Source of the DNA: Eledone cirrhosa
Lineage: Eukaryota
Reading direction: 5' to 3'
Assembly (NCBI GenBank): GCA_964016885.1
Contig: OZ024749.1
Location: 13,330,001-13,394,000 of the forward strand
DNA length: 64,000 nt
This document shows, piece after piece, positions 46,687 through 63,177 of the stretch. Numbering within the stretch: position 1 is the first letter of the stretch; every line of letters begins with the position of its first letter. The position numbers and the translations under genes are program-made. The notes under the pieces were generated by a model, which was not told where the DNA came from, ran no database searches, and saw only the letters and a program-made list of their open reading frames with translations.

Positions 46687-46905
46687 CACCATTCCCTACT
46701 GTCTTAAATTTAGAAAACACATATCCTCTATGGGGTTACTAAAACTGCTAGAACAGCAGCTAACTCTCCCCCATATCACACCACTCCCTACTGTCTTAAA
46801 TTTAGAAAACAAATATCCTCTATGAGGTCACTAAACCTGCTAGAAAAAACAGCTAACTCTCCCTCATATCACAAGCCTCCCTACTGTCTTAAATTTAGAA
46901 AACAC
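46687..46905 (+). repeat. ~91-bp tandem repeat (2.4 copies) derived from a SINE-like segment
   Basis: tccctactgtcttaaatttagaaaaca occurs three times. Confidence 0.8.
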
Positions 46906-47162
46906 ACAGACAACCATGCAGAACAATTCCATCGCAGCTCGATTGTTCGGCTGGCATCGTTTACGCACGTGTTGCGCAAGTACTGTGAAACAATAAATGT
47001 CAACACTTTTTTGCACAGAGATAATATCCATAGACGAAACTACAATTGTCACTGCTGGCGCAGCTCATGCTTCCAGGTCTGCAATTCATTCACCCAGTGC
47101 CTGGCAGACAAAAAAGTGCTGCCATAAAATGGGTGGTGCAACCTAACTTTGGTAACTTAATG

Positions 47163-47192
47163 ACCCCGAGCAACGCCGGGCTTTAATGCAAG

Positions 47193-47193
<1 letters not shown>
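47163..47193 (+). mobile_element. Helitron-like 3' terminus
   Basis: GC hairpin CCCGAGCAACGCCGGG followed 8 nt later by CAAG|T (CTAG variant). Confidence 0.5.
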
Positions 47194-47256
<63 letters not shown>

Positions 47257-47264
47257 ATATATAA

Positions 47265-47295
<31 letters not shown>

Positions 47296-47538
47296 AATAT
47301 ATAAATACAAATATATATATAAATATATATATATATAAATACAAATATATATATAAATGAATATATATATATAAATATATATATAAATACAAATATATAT
47401 ATAATTATATATATATATTTCGTTATTGGCAACATGACCCTCCCAAAGTATAACAATATATATATATATAAAGATATATATATATAAATACAAATATATA
47501 TATAAATATATATATATATATTTATATATATATATATT

Positions 47539-47611
<73 letters not shown>

Positions 47612-47614
47612 ATT

Positions 47615-47690
<76 letters not shown>

Positions 47691-47776
47691 TATATATATA
47701 TATATTTATATATTACTCTTTTACTCTTTTACCTGTTTCAGCCAAATATATATATTTATATTTATATATATATATT

Positions 47777-47807
<31 letters not shown>

Positions 47808-47814
47808 ATATATT

Positions 47815-47997
<183 letters not shown>

Positions 47998-48316
47998 ATA
48001 TATTTATATCTATTACCCTATTTCTTTGTACCTACCAAACAGAAAACCACACCATGTCTGTCTGTAGTTGACAGATACACAGATACACTTGACCTAACAC
48101 ATATATTTACGCACACTTTTTCACTGTACGTATACATTTGTACATACACATATATGTACATCTGTGAGCATATATACATACATATACACACACCTAACTA
48201 TATTTCTTGAAAGATTTTTATATATTTTATATGGCTATTGTAATTCATTTGTCTATATTTAAATAATTTTTTTGCTTTTCTTGATGAGACTTTCCAAGTA
48301 TTTAGTCATGTTTTAT

Positions 48317-48394
48317 ATTGCCTCGTCTGACGAACGAATGAAGACGTTTCTTTCGTATTCGCCTCATTCGGGAAACCTCTGGTAATGAGGTAAT
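48317..48394 (+). ncRNA. Type I hammerhead ribozyme
   Basis: ATTGCCTCGT-CTGACGA-ACGAATGA...TCATTCGG-GAAA-CCTCTGG-TA-ATGAGGTAAT (10-bp stem I with G.U pairs). Confidence 0.85.
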
Positions 48395-48422
48395 TATATT
48401 GTATTGATTTTTATACATTATA

Positions 48423-51010
<2,588 letters not shown>

Positions 51011-51131
51011 ATATATATATATTTATATATATATATTTGTGTATATATATATATATATATATATTTATTTATATATATATATTTATGTATATATATATAT
51101 ATATATATATATTTATTTATATATATATGTT

Positions 51132-51164
<33 letters not shown>

Positions 51165-51187
51165 ATTTATATATATATATTTATATT

Positions 51188-51218
<31 letters not shown>

Positions 51219-51221
51219 ATT

Positions 51222-51252
<31 letters not shown>

Positions 51253-51299
51253 ATATTTGTATTTATATATATATTTATATATATATTTATATTTATATT

Positions 51300-51330
<31 letters not shown>

Positions 51331-51333
51331 ATT

Positions 51334-51434
<101 letters not shown>

Positions 51435-51449
51435 ATATTTATATATATT

Positions 51450-51480
<31 letters not shown>

Positions 51481-51992
51481 ATTTATATATATATATATTT
51501 ATATATATATATATATATATTTATATAATATATATTTATATATATATAAATATAAATATATATATAAATACAAATATATATATAAATACAAATATATATA
51601 TAAATACAATATATATATAAATACAAATATATATATAAATACAAATATATATATAAATACAAATATATATATGAATATAAATATATATATAAATACAAAT
51701 ATATATATAAATATAAATATATATATATGAATACAAATATATATATAAATATAAATATATATATAAATATAAATTTATATATAAATATAAAAATATATAA
51801 ATACAAATATATATATAAATATAAATATAAATATATATATAAATATAAATATAAATAAAAATATATATATAAATATAAATATATATATAAATACAAATAT
51901 ATATATAAATATATATATATATAAACGGAAGAAATTAAACGAAATTTCATTTCTCACTCTTAGTACAGCTGTTAAATACTTATATTTATATA

Positions 51993-52075
<83 letters not shown>

Positions 52076-52087
52076 TTATAAATAAAT

Positions 52088-52118
<31 letters not shown>

Positions 52119-52137
52119 ATTATATATATATATATAA

Positions 52138-54309
52138 AGTAGAATAATCGAGTATCGAAAAATCGGCGCACGAGTTCACGATAAACAAAATTCGAGATGA
52201 GCGGCAGAGGGCTCTATAATTCAAATAAATTAGAGCTATAACTATCGTTAAAATACCGTCACACGTAGAATATGTCTACAATCAACCAAATAACCGAAAA
52301 GTTCGATATGGAAGATTCGGGACACTCAGATAAATTATCAATAAATCAATAAATGAAATGAATGTAAAATGCATACCCGGACCCACTAGAGAGATGGAAT
52401 ATCTAGCTTCTTGGGTTTCTGTAAATCCTTAAACCGTCATCTATCAGCTCATATAAAAATATAAGCCTTACAGATAATCGGGGGACTGGAGTTACTTCAT
52501 CAACGAGCTTCGTCCGAATGGATAAAAAGATAAGACCCAGGCTAAAAATACGCACATGGATTTCAGCAAGGGAGATAACCTTTATATCCGCAAAAATATT
52601 CGGAAAAATGTGGCAAAAACACATATCGAATAAGAGTGCTCAATAGACATGTTAAAATAAACAGGGGCTATTCATCATTTAATAGAATCGACAAAAAATG
52701 AACAATAAAATTAACTGGTCAATAGCTAAGTCTAGAGCTAAATATAGTAGAATAATCGAGTATCGAAAAATCGGCGCACGAGTTCACGATAAACAAAATT
52801 CGAGATGAGCGGCAGAGGGCTCTATAATTCAAATAAATTAGAGCTATAACTATCGTTAAAATACCGTCACACGTAGAATATGTCTACAATCAACCAAATA
52901 ACCGAAAAGTTCGATATGGAAGATTCGGGACACTCAGATAAATTATCAATAAATCAATAAATGAAATGAATGTAAAATGCATACCCGGACCCACTAGAGA
53001 GATGGAATATCTAGCTTCTTGGGTTTCTGTAAATCCTTAAACCGTCATCTATCAGCTCATATAAAAATATAAGCCTTACAGATAATCGGGGGACTGGAGT
53101 TACTTCATCAACGAGCTTCGTCCGAATGGATAAAAAGATAAGACCCAGGCTAAAAATACGCACATGGATTTCAGCAAGGGAGATAACCTTTATATCCGCA
53201 AAAATATTCGGAAAAATGTGGCAAAAACACATATCGAATAAGAGTGCTCAATAGACATGTTAAAATAAACAGGGGCTATTCATCATTTAATAGAATCGAC
53301 AAAAAATGAACAATAAAATTAACTGGTCAATAGCTAAGTCTAGAGCTAAATATAGTAGAATAATCGAGTATCGAAAAATCGGCGCACGAGTTCACGATAA
53401 ACAAAATTCGAGATGAGCGGCAGAGGGCTCTATAATTCAAATAAATTAGAGCTATAACTATCGTTAAAATACCGTCACACGTAGAATATGTCTACAATCA
53501 ACCAAATAACCGAAAAGTTCGATATGGAAGATTCGGGACACTCAGATAAATTATCAATAAATCAATAAATGAAATGAATGTAAAATGCATACCCGGACCC
53601 ACTAGAGAGATGGAATATCTAGCTTCTTGGGTTTCTGTAAATCCTTAAACCGTCATCTATCAGCTCATATAAAAATATAAGCCTTACAGATAATCGGGGG
53701 ACTGGAGTTACTTCATCAACGAGCTTCGTCCGAATGGATAAAAAGATAAGACCCAGGCTAAAAATACGCACATGGATTTCAGCAAGGGAGATAACCTTTA
53801 TATCCGCAAAAATATTCGGAAAAATGTGGCAAAAACACATATCGAATAAGAGTGCTCAATAGACATGTTAAAATAAACAGGGGCTATTCATCATTTAATA
53901 GAATCGACAAAAAATGAACAATAAAATTAACTGGTCAATAGCTAAGTCTAGAGCTAAATATAGTAGAATAATCGAGTATCGAAAAATCGGCGCACGAGTT
54001 CACGATAAACAAAATTCGAGATGAGCGGCAGAGGGCTCTATAATTCAAATAAATTAGAGCTATAACTATCGTTAAAATACCGTCACACGTAGAATATGTC
54101 TACAATCAACCAAATAACCGAAAAGTTCGATATGGAAGATTCGGGACACTCAGATAAATTATCAATAAATCAATAAATGAAATGAATGTAAAATGCATAC
54201 CCGGACCCACTAGAGAGATGGAATATCTAGCTTCTTGGGTTTCTGTAAATCCTTAAACCGTCATCTATCAGCTCATATAAAAATATAAGCCTTACAGATA
54301 ATCGGGGGA
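52138..54309 (-). mobile_element. 608-bp tandem array (3.6 copies), one hammerhead per unit; retrozyme-like
   Basis: Exact 608 period (ORFs at 52403, 53011, 53619); copies appear identical; (TA)-rich flanks. Confidence 0.85.
52375..52508 (-). ncRNA. Type I hammerhead ribozyme (repeats at 52983-53116, 53591-53724, partial 54199-54309)
   Basis: GCTCG-TTGATGA-AGTAACTCC...GGATTTACA-GAAA-CCCA..CTAGA..TCTAG-TGGG-TC-CGGGT; predicted GUC cleavage between 52380 and 52379. Confidence 0.75.
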
Positions 54310-54758
54310 ATATATATATAATTATATATATATAAATAAATATATATATATAAATACAAATATATATATAAATTCAAATATATATATAAATACAAATATA
54401 TATATAAATACAAATATATATATAAATTCAAATATATATATAAATACAAATATATATATAAATACAAATATATATATAAATTCAAATATATATATAAATA
54501 TATATATAAATACAAATATATATATAAATACAAATATATATACAAATATATATATAAATACAAATATATATATAAATGTATATATATATAAATGTATGTA
54601 TTTAAATATGTTTAACCATCATCTCAGTGTGTTTGGCCCTTAACGTATGTTGTAGCTCTGATTCACATGAATCATCGAGCCCTTGCCACACATATCGGAC
54701 GTTGATTTTCCTTAATTCCTGAGCTGAAATACGATTCTCGCTAATTTATATTTATATT

Positions 54759-54884
<126 letters not shown>

Positions 54885-54906
54885 TAAATATATATATAAA
54901 TATATA

Positions 54907-54942
<36 letters not shown>

Positions 54943-54975
54943 AATAAATATATATATTTATAAATAAATATATAT

Positions 54976-55010
<35 letters not shown>

Positions 55011-55103
55011 AATAAATATATATATATATTTATAAATAAACATATATATATATAAATATTAATATAAATATATATATAAATATATATATATATATATTTA
55101 TAA

Positions 55104-55148
<45 letters not shown>

Positions 55149-55247
55149 TATATATATATATATTTATAAATAAATATATATATATATATTTATAAATAAA
55201 TATATATATATATATTTATAAATAAATATATATATATATATTTATAA

Positions 55248-55302
<55 letters not shown>

Positions 55303-55327
55303 AATAAATATATATATATATATACAA

Positions 55328-55452
<125 letters not shown>

Positions 55453-55469
55453 TATATATATATATACAA

Positions 55470-55535
<66 letters not shown>

Positions 55536-56114
55536 CGGCGATGAATTAGTTTTGCGAGGTTTTTTATATGAAATCGTGTGTCGAAACAGATATTGTTATA
55601 TTTGGGGAGGGTCATATTTGCGTAATATTGCCAGAATTAATAACAGAACACACTCACTGTTTGGTTGGTTTTCGCTTCTCGCTGTCTTTTATATATATAT
55701 ATCTGCGATCTAACTTACTCGGTCCTCAATGTTGCCATTGACTGACCGGCGGTCAAAAATAAAATAATACAGATACAATATAGACAAACACATATATATA
55801 TAGTTTACATAAATCTTTCGTTGCATATCTGCAACATCGTCAGTGGTGTTATATTCATTGTTCCTCCTGTTGTGTTGTATGTCTACGCCATTTTTTTGTT
55901 CAGTCCGTCTATATATTTATTTATTTATTTGCTTGTTTGTTTATCTTATTTTATTTTGTCTTCTTTGCGCATGCGTTTGCGTGTGTGTATAGTGTTATGT
56001 GTGATGTGTGACTAGTGTGTATAGTGTTGTGTCTGCTGGGTGACTAGTGTGTGTTTATGTGCTTGTGTATGTATTTATTTATCTTATTTTATTTAATTTA
56101 ATTTACTTATTTAT

Positions 56115-57404
56115 TTATACTTCTCTTAGGTCAGTGTTGTTTGTTTGGGTGTTGTTGTTGTTCCACTCATTCTTTCTGTTTAGCTTTGGTCTTCTAATTT
56201 CTATTTCACTGGCCTCTCTGATTTGCCTATCTGCTGGGTCATTCCTATGTTTAGATATTATTCTAATTTCTATGTTGTCTATGTTACCGTCATGATGTTG
56301 TCTAGCATGTTCGTATAGTACTGACCCGTTTTTTCGTCCTTTTAGTTCCCCCCAGTGTTGGTCTATCCTTTCACCTATGCTACGAGCTGTCTCACCTATG
56401 TATGTTGTTGTCGTGTTTCTGCAAGTACCCTCTGTACATCTTATGCTATAGACTACGTTTCTAGTTTTACAGTTTATCCGGGGGTTCACCTTACATATGA
56501 TACATTTCCTATTGGTACAGTGGGTTTTCTTAAAAGGGTAGGTTTTGCTGATCAGGGATTTTATGGTGGTTCCTCGCTTTTCTACCACCTTTATTTTTAA
56601 GTGGGTCTTTCTCAGGGCCTTTCTACACTGGTTAGCTAATTTCCCTCCAGGGGTGGCGTCCACAAACATGACACTCTGATATCTCTGGTTGTCGTACCAT
56701 GATGTGGCCTTCCCTATCTTATGTCTAGCCCTATCTAAGCTATTCCATGATTTGCTCCTGTATAGTGGGCAAATTCCTTTCATGTCCAGTTCTATGAGGG
56801 TCTTATACTTTTCCATGGCTCCTTCGTATACTCTGACTCTGTCTCTTTGGTTGTAGCCAGAGAACTGCATGCGGTTGATGAAGTGTTGGATGTGTCCTTC
56901 CATTTCTGTTGGGTCGCACATGCTGGACACATTCTTCATCACTCGTACCAAATCTGCGATCAGAATATTAAACTTAGCACTACTGGACATTGCTGAGTTT
57001 TTGAGTATCAGGTATTTGGAGGCCATGGGTTTAGCATAGTGTGAGTGGAGAATTTGGGCTCTCTCGTCTATAGTGTTAATCCAGAGTTCTGTGTCTAATA
57101 CAGGTAGTCTATTGTTAGGGTGTTTGGAAGGGAAGTCTATAGTTACAGTTATACTCTGGTGTATGGAATTAGCTATCTGCTGGATGCTTTCCATCGTGCT
57201 ACGTTCTAAATCAAACTTGTTAGTGCTCTCTAGTGGGGGTGTTCTTATAACTATATTGATATCGTCTACATAACGAGAGTACATGATGAGGTCTATGGAG
57301 CTTTCATTAAGGAGATCTTTAAGTCTCCTTTCCCACCATACCATGAAAAGGTTGGCAACATCGCCAGCTATGCTGACGCCGATGGCTGCTCCCTCATTTT
57401 GGGT
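56115..57404 (-). CDS. PLE RT C-half plus GIY-YIG endonuclease (left arm, 5'-truncated, uninterrupted)
   Basis: QNEGAAIG, RYVDD, LPVLD, CTNRKCIIC..C, NVVYSIRC...YIGETAR..R..H..E..LN. Confidence 0.85.
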   Translation of the reverse strand, partial: TQNEGAAIGVSIAGDVANLFMVWWERRLKDLLNESSIDLIMYSRYVDDINIVIRTPPLESTNKFDLERSTMESIQQIANSIHQSITVTIDFPSKHPNNRLPVLDTELWINTIDERAQILHSHYAKPMASKYLILKNSAMSSSAKFNILIADLVRVMKNVSSMCDPTEMEGHIQHFINRMQFSGYNQRDRVRVYEGAMEKYKTLIELDMKGICPLYRSKSWNSLDRARHKIGKATSWYDNQRYQSVMFVDATPGGKLANQCRKALRKTHLKIKVVEKRGTTIKSLISKTYPFKKTHCTNRKCIICKVNPRINCKTRNVVYSIRCTEGTCRNTTTTYIGETARSIGERIDQHWGELKGRKNGSVLYEHARQHHDGNIDNIEIRIISKHRNDPADRQIREASEIEIRRPKLNRKNEWNNNNTQTNNTDLREV

Positions 57405-58695
57405 CTACACCCAAAATGAGGGAGCAGCCATCGGCGTCAGCATAGCTGGCGATGTTGCCAACCTTTTCATGGTATGGTGGGAAAGGAGACTTAAAGATCT
57501 CCTTAATGAAAGCTCCATAGACCTCATCATGTACTCTCGTTATGTAGACGATATCAATATAGTTATAAGAACACCCCCACTAGAGAGCACTAACAAGTTT
57601 GATTTAGAACGTAGCACGATGGAAAGCATCCAGCAGATAGCTAATTCCATACACCAGAGTATAACTGTAACTATAGACTTCCCTTCCAAACACCCTAACA
57701 ATAGACTACCTGTATTAGACACAGAACTCTGGATTAACACTATAGACGAGAGAGCCCAAATTCTCCACTCACACTATGCTAAACCCATGGCCTCCAAATA
57801 CCTGATACTCAAAAACTCAGCAATGTCCAGTAGTGCTAAGTTTAATATTCTGATCGCAGATTTGGTACGAGTGATGAAGAATGTGTCCAGCATGTGCGAC
57901 CCAACAGAAATGGAAGGACACATCCAACACTTCATCAACCGCATGCAGTTCTCTGGCTACAACCAAAGAGACAGAGTCAGAGTATACGAAGGAGCCATGG
58001 AAAAGTATAAGACCCTCATAGAACTGGACATGAAAGGAATTTGCCCACTATACAGGAGCAAATCATGGAATAGCTTAGATAGGGCTAGACATAAGATAGG
58101 GAAGGCCACATCATGGTACGACAACCAGAGATATCAGAGTGTCATGTTTGTGGACGCCACCCCTGGAGGGAAATTAGCTAACCAGTGTAGAAAGGCCCTG
58201 AGAAAGACCCACTTAAAAATAAAGGTGGTAGAAAAGCGAGGAACCACCATAAAATCCCTGATCAGCAAAACCTACCCTTTTAAGAAAACCCACTGTACCA
58301 ATAGGAAATGTATCATATGTAAGGTGAACCCCCGGATAAACTGTAAAACTAGAAACGTAGTCTATAGCATAAGATGTACAGAGGGTACTTGCAGAAACAC
58401 GACAACAACATACATAGGTGAGACAGCTCGTAGCATAGGTGAAAGGATAGACCAACACTGGGGGGAACTAAAAGGACGAAAAAACGGGTCAGTACTATAC
58501 GAACATGCTAGACAACATCATGACGGTAACATAGACAACATAGAAATTAGAATAATATCTAAACATAGGAATGACCCAGCAGATAGGCAAATCAGAGAGG
58601 CCAGTGAAATAGAAATTAGAAGACCAAAGCTAAACAGAAAGAATGAGTGGAACAACAACACCCAAACAAACAACACTGACCTAAGAGAAGTATAA
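57283..58695 (+). CDS. PLE RT C-half plus GIY-YIG endonuclease (right arm), in frame with an antisense-derived N-terminus
   Basis: 470-aa ORF; homology starts at ~57406 (YTQNEGAAIG). Confidence 0.85.
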   Translation: MMRSMELSLRRSLSLLSHHTMKRLATSPAMLTPMAAPSFWVYTQNEGAAIGVSIAGDVANLFMVWWERRLKDLLNESSIDLIMYSRYVDDINIVIRTPPLESTNKFDLERSTMESIQQIANSIHQSITVTIDFPSKHPNNRLPVLDTELWINTIDERAQILHSHYAKPMASKYLILKNSAMSSSAKFNILIADLVRVMKNVSSMCDPTEMEGHIQHFINRMQFSGYNQRDRVRVYEGAMEKYKTLIELDMKGICPLYRSKSWNSLDRARHKIGKATSWYDNQRYQSVMFVDATPGGKLANQCRKALRKTHLKIKVVEKRGTTIKSLISKTYPFKKTHCTNRKCIICKVNPRINCKTRNVVYSIRCTEGTCRNTTTTYIGETARSIGERIDQHWGELKGRKNGSVLYEHARQHHDGNIDNIEIRIISKHRNDPADRQIREASEIEIRRPKLNRKNEWNNNTQTNNTDLREV

Positions 58696-59240
58696 ATAAA
58701 TAAGTAAATTAAATTAAATAAAATAAGATAAATAAATACATACACAAGCACATAAACACACACTAGTCACCCAGCAGACACAACACTATACACACTAGTC
58801 ACACATCACACATAACACTATACACACACGCAAACGCATGCGCAAAGAAGACAAAATAAAATAAGATAAACAAACAAGCAAATAAATAAATAAATATATA
58901 GACGGACTGAACAAAAAAATGGCGTAGACATACAACACAACAGGAGGAACAATGAATATAACACCACTGACGATGTTGCAGATGTGCAACGAAAGATTTA
59001 TGTAAACTATATATATATGTGTTTGTCTATATTGTATCTGTATTATTTTATTTTTGACCGCCGGTCAGTCAATGGCAACATTGAGGACCGAGTAAGTTAG
59101 ATCGCAGATATATATATATAAAAGACAGCGAGAAGCGAAAACCAACCAAACAGTGAGTGTGTTCTGTTATTAATTCTGGCAATATTACGCAAATATGACC
59201 CTCCCCAAATATAACAATATATATAAATAAATATATATAT

Positions 59241-59870
<630 letters not shown>

Positions 59871-60085
59871 TTTGCATATATATATATATATATATATGTA
59901 GATAAATCTACCAAGAGTTTACGGTAGTGTCCAATCCGTATGAAGAACTCAATGTATTCCGGATATCATGGAAAGAAGAGATGTAATGAAAAATCACTTT
60001 CGGTGAAAGATAAACGGTATACAGAGTCAAGATAAAATATTAAACAAATAATGAATAAACAATTCCTTATATTAAACAAAAAAAG

Positions 60086-60239
60086 TTCATTATTTAACGA
60101 TCGTTTCTAGGATATATATGTGTTAGAATTGGTATGCATATTCAACAGATCTATGTACAAAATTATACAAAATTATACAAATTATCAAGATTAAATATAC
60201 ATACCAACACATATATACGCCGTCTTCAGAAATAATGAA
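60086..60239 (-). ncRNA. Type I hammerhead with ~110-nt stem II
   Basis: TTCATTATTT-CTGAAGA-CGGCGTATATATGTGTTGGTATGTATATTTAA...TTGAATATGCATACC..AACACATATATATCCTA-GAAA-CGATCG-TT-AAATAATGAA. Confidence 0.85.
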
Positions 60240-60926
60240 GTATATTTATTGATAATAACAACAATTCAAAATTTCAGGTCCGTTTGGGAACAAAATTGAC
60301 CAGTGAAAACACAAAGGGTTAAATGCAGTTCGGTGTGTGTATATACATGTAAAACCCTTACACATATTTTACAAAAATGTATGTATAATTTGTATACGCA
60401 TACTAAAAGGATGGATGCAAATACAAAATTTCAAGGTTAATGTCTCTGTAAGTTTATAATGCACAAATAAGATGCGTATTGACACAAGTATGAAATTAAG
60501 TATATAAATATATTTTTTTTCCATACTCACACATATCCGTACAATCACACATACACGCGCGTATATGCATAAATATACACATAACCACGAACATACAAAC
60601 ACACAACACACCCCCACTCACATTTATATATGTGGATATAAAATCATAAGCACATGGATATTAATTCACTCATATAAAACACTGGCACACACATTTTTAG
60701 ATCAAGATACAGAAATTAGGTGGGAGGGGGGGGAGAGGTCAGTATTCAACGGTCTGAGCAGACTGCCTAATATAGATGTATCTATAAACTAAGAAAATAA
60801 AAATAAAAAATAATAAATAAACATTAAAGAGGAAAGAATAGAAAGAAAAAAGAAAAAAGAAAAAAGAAAAAAGAAATATATCAAGAAAATATATATATAT
60901 ATATATATACATATATATACACATAC

Positions 60927-60957
<31 letters not shown>

Positions 60958-61134
60958 TACATATAATATACATATATATACACATAGACACACACACACA
61001 CATACATAAATATACACACATATACAAACACATACATACATATACACACATCCACACTAAGAACATACATACACACACATATATAAACATATACATATAC
61101 ACACATACATACATATACACATATACATACAAAT

Positions 61135-61173
<39 letters not shown>

Positions 61174-61718
61174 TATGTATATACACGTACATATACATAC
61201 ACATATACATATAATCACACATACTATATAGACACACATATATATAACCACACACATACATGCACATATACAACACTTACATACTAATATACATACAGAT
61301 ATACACATACATAGCTATATATACACACAAATATATACAGACTTACATATATACATACAGACAAATACTTACGCATCTATATATCGGTATATACATACAA
61401 ACACCACTACACTATCACACAACTTAGAAATACAAAGAGAAAGGTATATACCTATACATACATACATATACAAATAGAAAAACATATAGATATATATATA
61501 TATATATACATACACACACATATATATATATATATATACATACATACATATAACATATATATATATATATATATACACATACACACACATACACATACAC
61601 ACACATACATACATGTACACACACATAGAAATATATACGCATACACACATACACACATACATATAAAGTCATACACACACAAAGACCTACACGAACATAC
61701 ACATACAGATATATAAAG

Positions 61719-61749
<31 letters not shown>

Positions 61750-61804
61750 ACACATACACACATACACATATATATAAAAAAAATAAATAATAAAGATATA
61801 TAGA

Positions 61805-61849
<45 letters not shown>

Positions 61850-62199
61850 ATACATATATATATACATACACATACACACACACATACATAGACATACATG
61901 TACATACATACACGTACATCGATATACATACATATATATATACACACATAGACATATACATACATACACACACAACTTACATACACACATATATATACAT
62001 GTATATTCATACATAGAATTAGATATATAATCATACATACATATGCACTTACTTATACTCATATATACAAATACATACGCATCCATATATGCGTATATAC
62101 ATAAAAACACCACTACAACCTCACCTAACTCAGACATACAAATAAAAATAAAAAGGCATATGTATATACATATATACACGCATTAATAGAGACATATAT

Positions 62200-62261
<62 letters not shown>

Positions 62262-62356
62262 ACTCATATATATATATATATATATATAGATACCCACACA
62301 CACATACCACCATAAATACACATACAAACACCCACATATACATATATATACACACG

Positions 62357-62388
<32 letters not shown>

Positions 62389-62508
62389 TAAAAAACAGAC
62401 ATGCACATATATATATTTTTTTTTACACTTATATATACACATATTATATACACATACACAACCTCACATATACACACATACACATAAGTTATATTATAAT
62501 AATAAAAA

Positions 62509-62557
<49 letters not shown>

Positions 62558-62610
62558 CATATATATATACATATATATACATATAAACATATACATACAT
62601 ATATACACAC

Positions 62611-63177
62611 ATATTCTCATACTCTACAACAAATAACATAAAACAAAATATAAGTGCCTATAATGCATATAAATGTAAGAAAACCATAAGTATACCACCA
62701 GTACATCAAATTAACCATAATATCTCCTCAAATACAGAATTAACGAAAGGATGTAACTGTAGAAACAAAGCAAACTGCCCATTAAAAGGGAATTGTCTTG
62801 TTAACAACATAGTCTATAAATGTAATGTTAAAACTAAAGATTCTATTTGCTCATATATAGGAGCTACCTCTAACAATTTTAAGACAAGGTTTAATACCCA
62901 CAAGAATAGTTTTAAAAATGCCGCACTGGCTAATACAACATCTCTAGCAGAAAAAATCAATAGTTATAAAAATAAGAATATAGAATATGATTTGACCTGG
63001 AGTGTGCTCAAAAGAGCCACCCCTTATCAAAATAATAGAAATGAATGTAGATTATGTTCCCAAGAACTATTTGAAATAATGAAGTCTAAGGATATCTTAT
63101 TAAATAAACGACAGGAATTAATTATATCGTGTAATCATAAACTAAAAAAAACATTTAAATATTATAAACCTAATTAA
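62611..63177 (+). mobile_element. 5'-truncated Naiad-like PLE GIY-YIG endonuclease (open frame)
   Basis: [16 protein letters not shown]...CNCRNKANCPLKGNCL..IVYKC...YIG...FKTR..H..SF..W...CRLC..E...LLNKRQE...CNH. Confidence 0.85.

Larger units (their letters stand above)
55531..59220. mobile_element. Palindromic (head-to-head) 5'-truncated Penelope-like element
   Basis: Arms 55590-57404 and 57409-59220, 4-nt centre CTAC, both ends in (TA)n; HHRs at 55807-55846(-) and 58964-59003(+). Confidence 0.92.

Noticed and set aside
47713-47743. TACTCTTTTACTCTTTTACCTGTTTCAGCC island in the TA tract
   Set aside because: Only a very short tail remnant of the LINE family seen at 2778
52403-52624. 73-aa ORF in each 608-bp unit
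   Set aside because: No recognisable motif, overlaps the HHR stems, and identity between copies only reflects the duplication
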